NCBI GenBank assembly: GCA_973895155.1
Contig: OZ316898.1
Coordinates: 15,468,330 to 15,532,329 of the forward strand
Direction: 5' to 3'
Source of the DNA: Marsupella aquatica
Lineage: Eukaryota; Plantae; Marchantiophyta
Length of the DNA stretch: 64,000 nucleotides
Both the position numbers and the translations under genes were made by a program. How positions within the stretch are numbered: the stretch's first letter is position 1; every line of letters begins with the position of its first letter. The notes under the pieces were generated by a model. The model was not told the DNA's origin. It saw nothing but the letters and a program-made list of their open reading frames with translations, and made no database searches. Shown piece after piece: positions 24,310-37,037 of this stretch.

Positions 24310-26629
24310 TAACCTTTAAACTAATTGTCAGTAGAGATGTGTCCTTTAATGAATCCAGGTCATCAAAGGAGGGGGAGAGTTCTCAGGACTCCCATACTGA
24401 CAAGGGGAAATTTCCCATCCCGGATCGGGTTGAGGGGGAGATTAGTCATGATGTTGTTCATGACATGAGAGATGGAGAAGCTCCGGGCTTGGAGCTGGTT
24501 CCTGTGTTAGAACAAGAGGAGCAGATTGTTGCTAGGGTACCTCAAATTCAGCCAGCAGTAGCAGCAGATCAGTCTGAGTCATCTACTAGAAGAACTTCCA
24601 GTCGTTCTACTAGAGCTCCTACCAGGTATGGTCAATGGGCAGACTCATCTAAGCTAGATGATATTGACATTGCACCTGATGATAATGATATGGCTTTGAT
24701 CTTAGAAGAAGGAGAACCTTCTTCGTATAGTGAGGCTTGTGCTTTAGAGCATAAGCATGAGTGGAATGCAACAATGCACAGGGAGTTGCAATCTTTGAGT
24801 GACAACAAGGTATGGGAGCTAGTGGAGCTTCCAAGAGGTCAACAAATGGTGGACAGCAAGTAGATTTACAAGTTGAAGGACAGTCCTTCAGAGGGTGGAG
24901 ATAAGATCTACAAGGCAAGGCTTGTTGCCAAGGGGTTCACTCAGGAGAAAGAAATGGACTACAATGAGGTCTTTGGTCAATTGCAAGATTGAGGGGGGCA
25001 AAAGGACGCAAAAAGGATTAGCTCAAAAAGGAGAGAAAAATGACTCAAAGATCATAAAGATTTAATTGAACACCACTTCCATAAAGGTTGGACACACTTC
25101 CAAAATTGTTGGACACACTTCCAAGAAGATTGAGACTTCCTAAAAGCCTGGACACACTTCCAAAGACTTGGCATGCAAGATCTCACCATCCAATCTCAAC
25201 AAACTAATCCTAGCCATTTGGTGTAACACCTTGTCCACCCCTTGTAAATGGGGAAGGACTGGAATCCTTTTGGTGGAGAAATTGGACATCCTTTTTGCCC
25301 CTCTCAAGCTTGCAAGTGACCCTTTTCACCGGTGGCTAAGTATTCCACAATTCGGATCTTGTGTCAGCTTGTTGTGTTTTTTGGTCTAGTGATGGATCAA
25401 ATGGATGTTATTATTGCTTTTCTCTATGACAATTTGGAAGAGATGATCTTCATGAGACAACCACTAGGCTTTATGAATAGGGCCAAGAGAACTTAGTTTG
25501 CAGTTTGCTCAAGTCCTTGTATGGATTGAAGCAATTTCCCAAACAGTGGAACAAGCGGTTTGATGATTTCATGCTTGCTCAAGGTTTTACAAGGATGATG
25601 TATGATCCTTGTGTGTATACAAAATTATTCAACAATGATGTGTTTGGTTTCATCATTCTGGTGATCTATGTGGATGACATGTTGATTGTGGCTAAAGATC
25701 AATCTGAGGTTGACAGTCTCAAGGCAAAATTGAGTGTTGAATTCAGGATGAAGGATCTTGGTAAGGCCAAGAGGATCTTAGGGATGAAGATTTTTAGGAA
25801 CTCTGATACTAGACAGTTGTGCTTGAGTCAAGGCCAGTATGCGAGGAAAGTACTTGCACGATTCAACATGGAAAACTGTAAGCCAATGAGTATTCCTTTA
25901 GCTTCATTTTTCAAGTTATCATCGGTTTTCTCTCCTACGGATGCTATGGAGAAAGGCTGATGGCTAAGATTCCTTATGAGAAGGCAGTAGGCAGTCTGAT
26001 GTATTTGATGACTTGTACTAGGCCTGACTTGGCCCTAGCGATGGGCAAGGTTAGCAGATTCATGTCAAATCTAGGGAAGGTACATTGGGAAGCTATGAAG
26101 TGGATTCTCAGGATTCTGAAGGGAAAACTATGGATTACTATTTGATAACAGATCAAATAGAACGTTAGTTGGCTATGTAGATTCTGACTATGGAGGCTGT
26201 CTGGATACAAGGAGGTCTACAGCTGGGTTTGTATTTACTCTTGGAGAAGGGTGTATCAGTTGGAAATCTACCTTGTAGAAGTGTATATCTCAGTCTATTA
26301 CAGAAGCAGAGTATGTTGCAGCAGCAGAAGCAGCAAAGGAAGCAATTTGGTTGGATAAGTTGATCGCGGAGATGGGTTTAGAGCATGACAAAATGACTCT
26401 AAACTGTGATAGTCAGAGTGCTCTTCATTTGGCTGCTAACCAGGTGATGGATAGCAGGGTGAAGCACATTGATATCAGGTACCATTTTATCAGGCAAACA
26501 GTGTCTGATAAAACTTTTGAGCTAGTCAAGATTGATGGAAAGCTCAATCCCGCTGATGACTTTACCAAAGTGATTCCTTTGGAGAGTTTTTCAAGACACC
26601 GTGCTACTTTGCAGGTTTTGCAGTTGTAG
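24310..26629 (+). pseudogene. Copia-1 pol 3' part (integrase tail, RT, RNase H), with stops, frameshifts and a MITE
   Basis: YKARLVAKGF, LKSLYGLKQ, IYVDDMLI, TRPDL, KHIDIRYHF and NPADDFTK. Confidence 0.9.
24975..25321. mobile_element. 347-bp non-autonomous TIR element (MITE) with 4-bp TSD
   Basis: TIRs GGTCAATTGCAAGATTGAGGGGGGCAAAAGGA and (reverse complement) GGTCACTTGCAAGCTTGAGAGGGGCAAAAAGGA. CTTT duplicated at 24971-24974 and 25322-25325. Removal restores RT sequence EVFSPVAK. Confidence 0.9.
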
Positions 26630-26836
26630 TGCAAGTAGAGTTATTTAGCAATGTGTGACTATTTGTATATGGATTACTCATTCCTGTTTGGCTACAACTT
26701 AGTTCTAGTTAATCCTTAGTTAACCCTTGTGGTTTTTAGGGGGAGACCTGGTTTGGTGATTGTCTAGAACTTCCCGCTGAGTATTCCATATGGTTGCAAT
26801 TAGTCCAGTCCCCAAGACAAGAGTCAAGGGGGAGTT

Positions 26837-26978
26837 TGTTAGATATTGCTCTTAGTCTTGTTGACTCAAGAGCTAACTACAGTTAGTCTAACTTGGGTTA
26901 GGACTTAGCTAATGTTAGCGGTAGTGCTGTTGTGCATATAGCCAGGGCTGATGCCAAACCCTGGTGGAACTTAGGCTC
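26837..26978 (+). repeat. Copia-1 3' LTR, first part
   Basis: Follows the PPT and matches 1386-1527. Interrupted by Copia-2. Confidence 0.9.
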
Positions 26979-27683
26979 TATTGGGATATGATCTAGACCG
27001 AGCGAGACAACGTCAACGCATGTGAACAACATCCATAGACTCCGACAATGAAAGTACGTGGTTCACCCCGTCTAGGCTACATCCACGGCCGTGAGAGAAA
27101 TCCAATAATACACACCTATTACATCCGCCATAGCCAATATGCTAGAGCTCCTCCTCTCACTCCCTCACTCTGTCTTCTAAAGAGTGAACCTTCAAATGTG
27201 AGCACAAGTTTGTGTTACCCTTGGGTATACCCCCTTCCATGGTCTATGGGAACCTGGAACTCAAACTAGTGCTATCCTAGTATAGTGAAGTCTAGCTAGT
27301 ACTATGGAAGTATATAGGTTATACTAGAGGCATAACCTAACAAACTCCCCCTTGACTCTAGTCCTCAGCTAACTACCTGGTAGTGTTACTTCTAACTATC
27401 CGTATGAATCTCCTCGGGAAGTTCTAGAAGGTAAAACCAATGAGTTTTCCCTCTATACCTGAGAGCTAACTAGAACTAAACCGTAGCTGACAAAGTGTCA
27501 GATAGAGTAGACATACTTAGAAATAAACTACCTACCTAATACTAGCTCTTGTTACCCATATGTATCTCCTCGGGAAATTCTAGACAGAAAATCTATGTTC
27601 CCCCCTTCTCCATGAGGGTTAACTAGAATTAGACCGTAGCCGGTACATACCGGATAGAGAATACGTATACAAGAAAACTAACA

Positions 27684-30600
27684 CTAAGCATCCTTGTGCA
27701 AAATTTGAAGCCTTGCACAATGCTCCGTGAAGTTAGTCAAAGGAATGACTTTGGTTAACATATCAGCAGGATTGAGTTTTCCATCAATCTTGATTAACTC
27801 AATCTCTTTCTCAACAATAGCTTGCCTGAGAAAATGATACCTGATATCAATGTGCTTTACCCTGCCATGCGTCACTTGGTTTGCCGCAATATGTATAGCA
27901 CTATTGCTATCACAATGAAGATCCACTTGTTTTTGTGGAATCCCCAAATCATGAGCCAACTTCCCCAACCAAATAGCCTCCTTTGCTGCCTCTGCTGCTG
28001 CTATATACTCAGCTTCAGTAGATGACTGAGATATACACTTCTGCTTCATGGATCTCCAACTTACACATCCTCCTGCCAACGTGAAAGAATACCCTATAGT
28101 AGACTTTCGTTGATCCAAATCACCACCGTAGTCTGAATCCACATATCCAACAAGAGACATCGCATTGTTTGAATGTGCATCAAATAACAAACCAACCTTA
28201 GATGTGCCGTGTAAGTACCTTAGAATCCATTTGACTGCTTCCCAATGTACCTTCCCTGGGTTAACCATGTACCTACTCACCACACCCACAGCATGCGCTA
28301 TGTCTGATCGAGTACTAACCATAAGGTACATCAAACTGCCCACTGCACTGTCGTAAGGAACCTTAGATATCAACCCCTTTTCAATTGTATCTGTGGGACA
28401 AGATGCGGCTAAAAGCTTGAAATGTGCTGCCAGAGGAGTAGTTACATCCTTAGCACTTGCCATGTTGAACTTAGCAAGTACCTTCTTTGTATACTTACTC
28501 TACGTCAGCCACAATTTCCCCTTCTTCCTGTCTCTATGAATCTCCATCCCAAGTATGCGTCTGGCTGATCCTAAGTCCTTCATACTAAACTCTGAGCTCA
28601 ACTGAGTTTTGAGTTTAATAATCTCTGCCATATCCTTGGCAACAATGAGCATATCATCCACATAAAGAACCAGAACAATGAAACCAAACACTGCATTGCT
28701 TACCTTCTTCATGTAGACACAACAGTCATATTCACTCTGAACAAAGCCCAGTGACAACATAAAGGTATAAAACCTCTTGTTCCACTGCCTTGGACTTTGT
28801 TTCAGACCGTAAAGCGACTTCAACAGCTTACACACCAAGTGCTCCCTACCCTTAGCCACAAATCCTTGTGGCTGCCTCATGAATATCAATTCATCTAGTA
28901 GTCCATACAAAAAAGCTGTGACTACATCCATCTGCTGCATGCACAGATCAAACAGAACAACCAATGCCATAATCAAGCGCAAAGTAGCCATCGCTACTAC
29001 TGGTGAGAAGACCTCATTATAGTCCACACCCTTCCTTTGGGTGAATCCCTTGGCCACAAGCCTGGCCTTGTAGATCTTCTCTGCATGTTCAGAAGTGCCA
29101 TCCTTCTTCTTGAACACCCACTTGCTATCAATGACCTATTTACCTTCAGGAAGCTCAACCAGCTCCCAAGTCTTGTTCTTATGCAGTGACTGCATCTCTG
29201 TTTGCATGATAGCACTCCATTGTGCTTTATCCATAGAAGATATGGCTTCACCATATGTAGATGGATCACCATCTTCTGTAAACATAACGGCTCCAGAATC
29301 ATCAATATCATCATCACTCTCCAACTGGTCTGAGAGAAACCATGTACCATACCTTTTTGGAGCTTGAACTGGCCGTGAAGATGACCGCCTAGATGATTCA
29401 CGCACACCAGGAGAAACTAATTCTCCACTAACTATAGCTGCTGGTACTGGTGCCAATGGTACCGTCGGTGCTGGTGTTGGTCCATGAGCATACTCATGCT
29501 CAATCTCTGCCTCAATCGTGTCAACATCAGGACTATGTGGTATTTCTTCCCCCTCCTTCAATGATGGACCTTCATTGAAGGTAACATCCCTGCTGACTAC
29601 CAACTTCTGTGCCTCTGGGTCCCAAAGACGATACCCTTTTACTCCCTTCTGGTAGCCAAGAAACACACATTTCACAAACTTTGGGTCAAGCTTATTCCGT
29701 GAAACTGGAGGCAACAACGCATATGCCTCACATCCAAACACACGCAACCTCGTGTAATCTGCAAATCTCTTGTGCCACATCTCAAACGAAGTCTTAAGAC
29801 CAATACTGCTAACTAGAGACAATGTTAGCAGGTAAGTTGCTGTGTTGACAACTTCAGCCCAAAAGATCTTCGATAGACCTGCTTGGCTTAACATACTTCT
29901 GTACCTCTCCAATAGTGTCCTGTTCAGCCTCTCAGAAACACCATTCTGCTGAGGAGTATATGTATTGGTCAAATATCGGGTATGCCTTCACGCTCTAAAT
30001 AGAGATGAAACTCATTAGAGATATACTCACCTCCATTGTCTTAATGAAAAAATTTCACCTTCTTCCCTGTTTGTGTCTCAACCTGCATCTTCCACTTCTT
30101 GAAGATTGAGAACACCTCAGACTTCTCACGCATAAAGTACACCCAAATCATCCTTGAATAATCATCAATAAAAGATACGTAATACTTCATTCCTGATATT
30201 GAGAGCTCAGGTGATTCCCACACATCAGAATGAATATAATCCAAAATATCTTTAGAGGTACGACTGGCTGCTGAGAAACTTACACGATGCTGCTTACCAA
30301 GGACACAGTGCTGAAAAAATCCCAACTTGTACGATTTTGCATCTGGCAAGAGATTCTGTTTGCACAACACATTCAGCCATTTCTCACTCATGTGACCTAA
30401 TCGTGCATGCCACAATCGTGTCTGATCCACCTCTGATGAAATTGCATTGGCACTACCAAGAATTGTGGTGCCTACCAGGATATATAGATTACCCTGCTTC
30501 CTACCTTCCATCACCGCTGGAGGACCATGTGTGACCCTCAAAACTCCATTGGTTGTACTCCATTGACAACCAGATGTGTCCAATGCTCCCAAAGAGATCA

Positions 30601-31666
30601 AATTCCGCTTCAAATCTGGAATGTGACGAACGTTCGTCAACGTATGCACAATTCCATCAAACATTTGAATGCGCATTGTACCTATGCCAATGACTTGACA
30701 AGGTTGATCATTCCCCATCAAGACGTTCCCTGATTTTGGCTCATAGGTGCAAAAGACCTCTTTGTCATGACACATATGAAAGGAACATGCAGAATCTAAA
30801 ATCCACTCCGGTCCCCCACCCTGGGAATTGGTACATAAGGCAAAACCAGCATCATCATCAGTAATAACAAAACTCGTCTGACTTTGAATGCTACCACCAC
30901 TCCTGCAATTCCTTTTAATGTGGCCCTTTTGACCATATTTCTAGCACTCAACACCCTTCGAGTCACGTGACTTCGATCTAGCCTTGGTTTTACCAGAGGA
31001 GCCTGTAAAACGCTCTCGTGACCTGCCCCTGGTAACTGCTAGTGCTGATCCAGATGAAGAAGAAGAACCGCTGTGTATCTTCTTTCGCATTTCATCTGAC
31101 AGCAGAGTGTTCACTGTCTCATCATAGGTCAACGTTGTCTTGCCATATAAGATTGTCTGGACCAGGTTCTCATATGAGCGTGGCAAGGAAGTAAGCAAAT
31201 GAAGGGCCTTTTTCTCATCCTCCACCTTCTCATTGAGACTCGCCAACTCTACAACGATTAAATTAAAACCATCAATATATTCGTGCATAGTTTTACCTTC
31301 AGCCATCTTGAAGTTCGTCAACTTCAAGCTCGTGTATAGTCGATTTGTCAACGACTTCTTCTCATACATCAGCTTCAGTCGATCCCACAGCTTTGTAATT
31401 GTGTCCTCCGTCATAACCTGAAGTAAAACTTCAGGTGCCAAGTGGAGCCTAATCAAACTAAGAGCACGATTGCCAATGTCTTCCCACTCCTCATTGGTCA
31501 TGGAGGATGGCTTGGTGCTGAATGCTGAACCCAAGCCCTGGGAAACAAGAACGTCCTTCATTTGTACTTTCCATAACGTGAAGTTATTGCGCTCGGTGAA
31601 TTTCTCCACTTCATACTTTGCACTGGTCACCTTCCGGGATGCCAAGACAATATCCCCTACGAACAT
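27684..31666 (-). pseudogene. Copia-2 gag-pol with several stops and a frameshift
   Basis: KYEVEKF, WILDSACSFH, LWHARLGH, SFIDDYS, YTPQQNG, YKARLVAKG, LYVDDML and KHIDIRYHF across ORFs 30941-31666, 30041-30775, 29136-29972, 28500-29117 and 27684-28463. Confidence 0.92.
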
Positions 31667-32830
31667 GCAATGTATTCAATGTAAGCTACCAAGGTGCTTG
31701 TAAGGCTGCCAAACCGTATCGGACCCTCCAAGCAGCCTCACCCAAAAAATCACCAAAAAATGAAAGTGATCTAAATCAATAACTGACTTCACCGTCCTAT
31801 AGCCTGGAAGATAACCTTTCCAGAACGCCAAACAGCTCCACAAATGGACACTCGAGCCGAGAGTTATTAACCGCTGATCGCAAGGGGGTCAAAATGTCAT
31901 TTCGGACCCCCTCAAGGAATCTTTTTAATAAAAAATTCCATGCACCTCAGTTTCCTAAACCTATTTTTCAGGCCCCTCCCTAACTCCCCCGGGAACACAC
32001 CTGCAAAAAATCTCAGAAAACTGAACCCGTTTGCCTTGCCAAATCGCTTATTTACCACTGAATTTTAATGTTATGGAAATTGAGAATATAGGGAATAAAA
32101 GTATAGGGGGCGTTTGGCCCTGCGCAGGGGGCGAAATGCCCTGTGGCACTTGCCACAAACAGGACAACACCTATTTGCGTCGGGCCTCACCTCCCCAAGT
32201 GCCCTGCCGCTCCCCCTTCTGCCCTATCACCCTTCCCGTACCCGACCGAACGCCCTTCCCGCGCACTGCCACGCGGCCAAAGTCAAACCCGCTTTGACTG
32301 CCCATATCTCGGCCGTCTGATGTCCGATTTATCTATAATTTATATGGTTGGAATGAGCGCGACGAGATCTTTCCAAAAAGCCTATGGGCGACCCAAGATC
32401 ATGACTTTCGAAAATTGACCTAAATTCATACCATCGTACGACCATCACTTTGAGTTCACGGCTATGGCTGCTTGAGCTTAACAGCCAACTTCAAAATCAA
32501 GTTAGTGGCCGCACACACCACAAAAATGTTTCCCGTTCGTTGTAAACTGATCCTCTTCCCGTTTGTAACTCCCCGGATCAAATCAAACAACAAAAATGAA
32601 CAAGCAAAACCCGGATTGCGCTCACATTCAAGAAAACCGTCGAAAACCCGTCGAACACGAAGGAAATTCTTCCCACCTTCAAATTGGGCGCAATCTTCCG
32701 CCTCAACAACACAGGGATAGACCAAAGTCTGTGTTACTCCGCCTCGAAGATGATTCACACTCATATCCCGCACCGAATGCCACAAATCGGTCACGATGAG
32801 CCCCAAGCGCCTCTCAATCTCGGTCCCCAA

Positions 32831-32842
32831 GCTCTGATACCA
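32831..32842 (-). promoter_or_regulatory. Primer-binding site (tRNA-iMet) of Copia-2
   Basis: Reverse complement TGGTATCAGAGC, 2 nt inside the LTR end. Confidence 0.9.
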
Positions 32843-33833
32843 ATTGTTGGTATCGCACCCCTACCCTGGGCCTTAAATCCGGGTTAGTGTCGTGGTGCGA
32901 CCTCGACCACCAGTAGGGGTGAGGGTTCGGGCAAGGAGGTGTGTAGTGACCTTCAATAGCCCTAAGTCGGGCTAAGCCGCTATACTTACTGGTATAACAC
33001 TCGCATAATTCGTACTTGTCATAGGTATATTTGTTTTCCACCGCTGGAATTTTCCCTCAGTTAGTGACGCGGACTAACTCCCGACTTGGGGCTTTTCAAG
33101 CCATCGACGTGACAGGACCTTGTGACATGCAATGAGTGGCAATCCCTACCATTAGTCCGCACCCGGTACGTCCCTTAAAATGGCGCCTTTGCCCGGACAA
33201 AGCATACACACAACACCAGTTACTCTCAGAAACATTAAGGGGAAAAGACTACATTTACTCAGCGAAGCATCAGTTTACATGGTTGACTCGACTTCAAAGG
33301 GGGTCAACAGGCCCAACGGCAGTCGATGCCCAGTCTCTACGAGGCCCTGCCTCGCACTTGCCCAACAAGCTCAACTCTGGCTCTCACTCCTTGGTACGCT
33401 CTGACCCTACTCAGGCCGGGACTCCCCGTGCCTCGCCTTTCTTCTGCTGAGATAACTAAGCCTTCTCCCCCTTCCCATCGCGGAAGGGGAAGCCTAAATA
33501 CTACCATAGCGGAAGAGAACCGGAGGATACTACCTTCCGGGGTACTACCTACTGACTAACTAACTGCTGACTACCGGTCGCGCTGCACTGACCGGTTGAC
33601 CGTCGACTACGAGTGTGCCAACCGGAATGGCAGCGGCCAAGCCTACTGACAAACTCTAGTCCGTTGATGGACTCAATCCTACGTTGGCTGATCCTAACTG
33701 ACCGGCCCTAATTCTTCCTACTGCCGCTAATCGGCGCCTAATGACAGTCATTCTGTCATTACGCCTAACTAAAAGATGCCGCTGACTTAACCGCCTCGTG
33801 CGGCGCCTGCTTCTACCCTTCGCTAACTACCCC

Positions 33834-35357
33834 TTATGTGTGTGCAGTGGTTGGACCAGGGCTGGTCCCCTTGTCGGGGCGAGACCTCGAGCCGCCTTGA
33901 TCAGAGGTGGGCCCAGGTTTTCCCCGCTGGAGGACGAGCAGGGTGACACGGTCCTGCAAAGCCTTGTTGTCCCGTAATGCTTCCTCCGCCTCGTTTGCAG
34001 CTTCGTCGGCTTCAGTCTGGAGCCGCGCCACCTCCAAGTTGAGCTGGTCGATGGTGTCGCGATGGACCTGGTCCTGCGCTAGCAATTTATCTCGTTCGGC
34101 GGAGAGACTAGCCACCTGCTGTGCTGCCTGCAGGAATTGTTTGTTGAGGTCGGTTAGGCTGGTAACCCGAGCCGAAGATTCTGAGCGTAATTGAAGCACG
34201 GTGTCGTCCAGCTTCTTGAGTTCGGCCTGCGCTCCGCTTAACTCCTGGGTTAGTCCGTCCCTCTGTTTGACAGTGCGGACTAAATCCTCGCGGCGGGTCG
34301 TTGCCTCCTCCTCGAGGTGCTCTACCAGCATCTGGAGACGCCCGATCTCATTCCCCTTCGCCATGAGTTCTTCTTCCAAGCGGCTGACGATCCGTGGTTG
34401 GTGCTCTAACATGAAGAAGGCTGGCTGAAAGTACGCCGAGACTTGTTGTCCAATGTATGTCGCCAACTCCCCAGACATAGTCTGGCTAAACTTCTGGACC
34501 AGGTCGTAGGCCATGGTCCCCGGGGCTACTTGGTAGTCCTCCATCCTCTCGGGTACCGGTGGTTCCTCGGCAGGGGCAATGAGCTCCTCCGTAGTCAGCG
34601 CTGGGGAGGGGAAGGTTTCTTCAGGTGGTGGAGGGATTGGGGGTGGTTGTACTGCAGGTAGCGGAGGCTCAACGGAAGGAGGCGGTGGAATTTCCACAGG
34701 GGGCGGTTGCAGAGTATTAGTCGGGGCTTCCGGCTCGGGGTTTGTCCGAGGGACAGTAGTCCGCGTAGTCGGGGTTGCCTCCTCTGGGGCGGGGGTGACA
34801 TTACCCGGGGCTGAGGTGGCCGTATTCTTTCCTCTGGCCTCCCGCCGTGCCTTGTACCAGGCGAGGATAATGGCGATATGACTCCCCAAGTAAGTCTTCC
34901 CTCCAATAGCCATACCACCCTGAGCCCGCTTCAGCTCCCCCGAGAATCTTCGGTAGAAGAATTGGGCCCAGTTTCGTCGTTTGTACTGTTCCATCTGCAC
35001 TATCGTGCAGAGGGAAATCTCGGATCGTGGCTCAATCATGTGTAGGGTAGTCCGTATGAAGTTAAGCCGCTCCATACAGGTTAAGTTGGTGCACGCCCCC
35101 TGCTTGTATCCGTTGTCCGTCTTACCCTTGGGTTTGAAGTGCCGCGGCGTATACTCCTTATCCCGAATTCGGATTTCCACCGGCACCGGCCCGGTTGGTA
35201 GGCCGAAAATTTGCGTTAACCGATGCTCCGTGAGTGATAAGGTCTGCCCCGAAACCTTGGTGGTTGACGCATCAGTGTCGAAATTGGAGATGAACTCACA
35301 AATCTCCTTCGGCCCGGTGGCGCACGGCCTCCATAGTAAGTGGGCGAACCACTCCAA
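33834..35357 (-). CDS. Retrotransposon accessory protein: plant-transposon (Transposase_32/PMD-like) domain, Pro-rich linker, coiled coil
   Basis: 507-aa open frame with EFISNF...KVSGQTLSLT...LTQIFGLP, NWAQFF and YLGSHIAIIL, then a Pro-rich tract and long heptad region. True start unresolved; the frame is open upstream to about 35440. Confidence 0.7.
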   Translation of the reverse strand: MEWFAHLLWRPCATGPKEICEFISNFDTDASTTKVSGQTLSLTEHRLTQIFGLPTGPVPVEIRIRDKEYTPRHFKPKGKTDNGYKQGACTNLTCMERLNFIRTTLHMIEPRSEISLCTIVQMEQYKRRNWAQFFYRRFSGELKRAQGGMAIGGKTYLGSHIAIILAWYKARREARGKNTATSAPGNVTPAPEEATPTTRTTVPRTNPEPEAPTNTLQPPPVEIPPPPSVEPPLPAVQPPPIPPPPEETFPSPALTTEELIAPAEEPPVPERMEDYQVAPGTMAYDLVQKFSQTMSGELATYIGQQVSAYFQPAFFMLEHQPRIVSRLEEELMAKGNEIGRLQMLVEHLEEEATTRREDLVRTVKQRDGLTQELSGAQAELKKLDDTVLQLRSESSARVTSLTDLNKQFLQAAQQVASLSAERDKLLAQDQVHRDTIDQLNLEVARLQTEADEAANEAEEALRDNKALQDRVTLLVLQRGKPGPTSDQGGSRSRPDKGTSPGPTTAHT

Positions 35358-36268
35358 CTGATGCTCCTTGAGATAGTCCGCATGTTCGCGATCCAGACTA
35401 CCTCGGGGACGCGGATTACCTGTAATAATTTGGACTTCGGGTTATCTGGGGGCCGTCGGGTCTGGTTGGTCGGGGGGTTTGCCGGGGCAGGTGCAGGCGC
35501 GGCGTCGGTCCGTGTTGATTCGGGGGCCGTCGTAGTCCTTGACCGCTTACGAGGATGCTGTTCGAGTTGCGGACTAGCTCGCTCGGAACCCGAAGAACAC
35601 TCCGCGTTGATTACTGGACGGACTTGGGACTGGTTCGGCGGTACTCTGGTGGTCATCGGTTGAGGCGCTGGGGTAGCCATATCCCAGTTGAAGGCGTTGG
35701 AGCTTTCCTCGAGGAACGTGAGATTACGCGCCGCTTCCCGTTGTCTGCTGATGTCTTCTTGGCGCTTTTCGGCTGCGATCTGCTGGTCTAGGTACCCCGG
35801 AATCTTGTCAAACTCCGCTTGAGTAAGCCGCTGGTTGCCCTTCAGCTTAAAGAACTTAGCTGGAACCTCAAGAATCGCCTCTGCTACCAATCTAAGCCCT
35901 TCCTCGCTGAGATATAGTTCGGTGATGTAGTCTCGCAGCTCGTTATAGCTAGAATCCCTGGTGATGGCTGTCCTTTTGCAATTAATCAGTGCTACCTTGG
36001 TTACCAGCTTCGTGTACCTTCGTTCGTAAGCGGCTTTCTCGGGGCAAGAGTACCAGTAAGTCTCGGAGAACTTAGCACCTACCTTGCCAAACAAGGTCCA
36101 AAATCCCAAGGCTGTGAGGGTCATACTAACCTCGTAGTCCGGTTTGTTGCGTCCACGTTCCCACCTGGCTGGTCCTTTCTCGCGGAGGCCTCGCTCGTCC
36201 TGACTAAATCTCGCCACATTCCGCTCTTCTCCCTCGATAATTTCCTTGTAAAGGTCGACTGGATTCAA
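35216..36268 (-). CDS. Unknown protein (350-aa frame), possibly the N-terminal part of the same gene as 33834-35357
   Basis: Long open frame with a helical N-terminal region and a low-complexity linker. Overlaps the next ORF in another frame. Confidence 0.55.
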   Translation of the reverse strand: MNPVDLYKEIIEGEERNVARFSQDERGLREKGPARWERGRNKPDYEVSMTLTALGFWTLFGKVGAKFSETYWYSCPEKAAYERRYTKLVTKVALINCKRTAITRDSSYNELRDYITELYLSEEGLRLVAEAILEVPAKFFKLKGNQRLTQAEFDKIPGYLDQQIAAEKRQEDISRQREAARNLTFLEESSNAFNWDMATPAPQPMTTRVPPNQSQVRPVINAECSSGSERASPQLEQHPRKRSRTTTAPESTRTDAAPAPAPANPPTNQTRRPPDNPKSKLLQVIRVPEVVWIANMRTISRSISWSGSPTYYGGRAPPGRRRFVSSSPISTLMRQPPRFRGRPYHSRSIG

Positions 36269-37037
36269 TCAAAAAGGCGAGCGGATGGCAGCGTCCGTGA
36301 ATTCCAAAAAGGTAAACGTGAGCGAATGGCCCGCAGTGCCATCGGCTCCTCTCTTATGGGGGTGCCCGGACGAGCCCGAGCGTGAGAAGGTCAGGCCGTT
36401 TGGTCATTGATAACGAGCTGAAGTCGGCGTCTCGATCCAAGCGTGATTCTTCTAACTGATTTTTACTCCGCTGCCGCCACCGTACCTGGGTCGTGCGTAA
36501 TAATCCCCTTCCTGAACTTGTAATTATTCGGTTATCTTAACCTACTCCTAATCTAATCATAATGGCAACTTGATGGCTATACGTGCTATTCTACGCTATG
36601 GCTACGGTCCTAATGACCGTATAAGTCCTAATCTACGACCTGGGTTCGGTCAAGTGACACGTTACCCGTGTCACAGTTGGGATATGATCTAGACCGAACG
36701 AGACACGTCAACGCATGTTAACAACATCCATAGACTCCGAAAATGAAAGTACGTGGTTCACCCCGTCTAGGCTACGTCCACGGTCGTGAGAGAAATTCAG
36801 TAATACACACCTATTACATTCGCCATAGCCAACGTGCTAGAGCTCCTCCTCTCACTCCCTCACTCTGTCTTCTAAAGAGTGAACCTTCAAATGTGAGCAC
36901 AAGTTTGTGTTACCCTTGGGTATACCCCCTCCCATGGTCTATGGGAACCTGGAACTCAAACTAGTGCTATCCTAGTATAGTGAAGTCTAGCTAGTACTAT
37001 GGAAGTATATAGGTTATACTAGAGGCATAACCTAACA

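Larger units (their letters stand above)
32851..36675 (-). mobile_element. 3.8-kb solo-LTR-like insertion carrying two long ORFs
   Basis: 5-bp TSD GTTGG at 32846-32850 and 36676-36680. Termini TATCGCACCC (likely TG>TA) and CCGTGTCACA. No internal terminal direct repeat and no gag/pol seen. Confidence 0.8.
26979..37037 (-). mobile_element. Ty1/Copia element Copia-2 (reverse orientation, inserted in the Copia-1 3' LTR)
   Basis: 364-bp LTR at 26979-27342; the other LTR at 32845-32850 plus 36681-37037. TSD GGCTC at 26974-26978 and 37038-37042. PBS at 32831-32842, PPT at 27343-27353. Confidence 0.93.

Noticed and set aside
24231-24863. 210-aa ORF as an independent gene
   Set aside because: Chimera of the CACTA right end read into Copia-1 pol.
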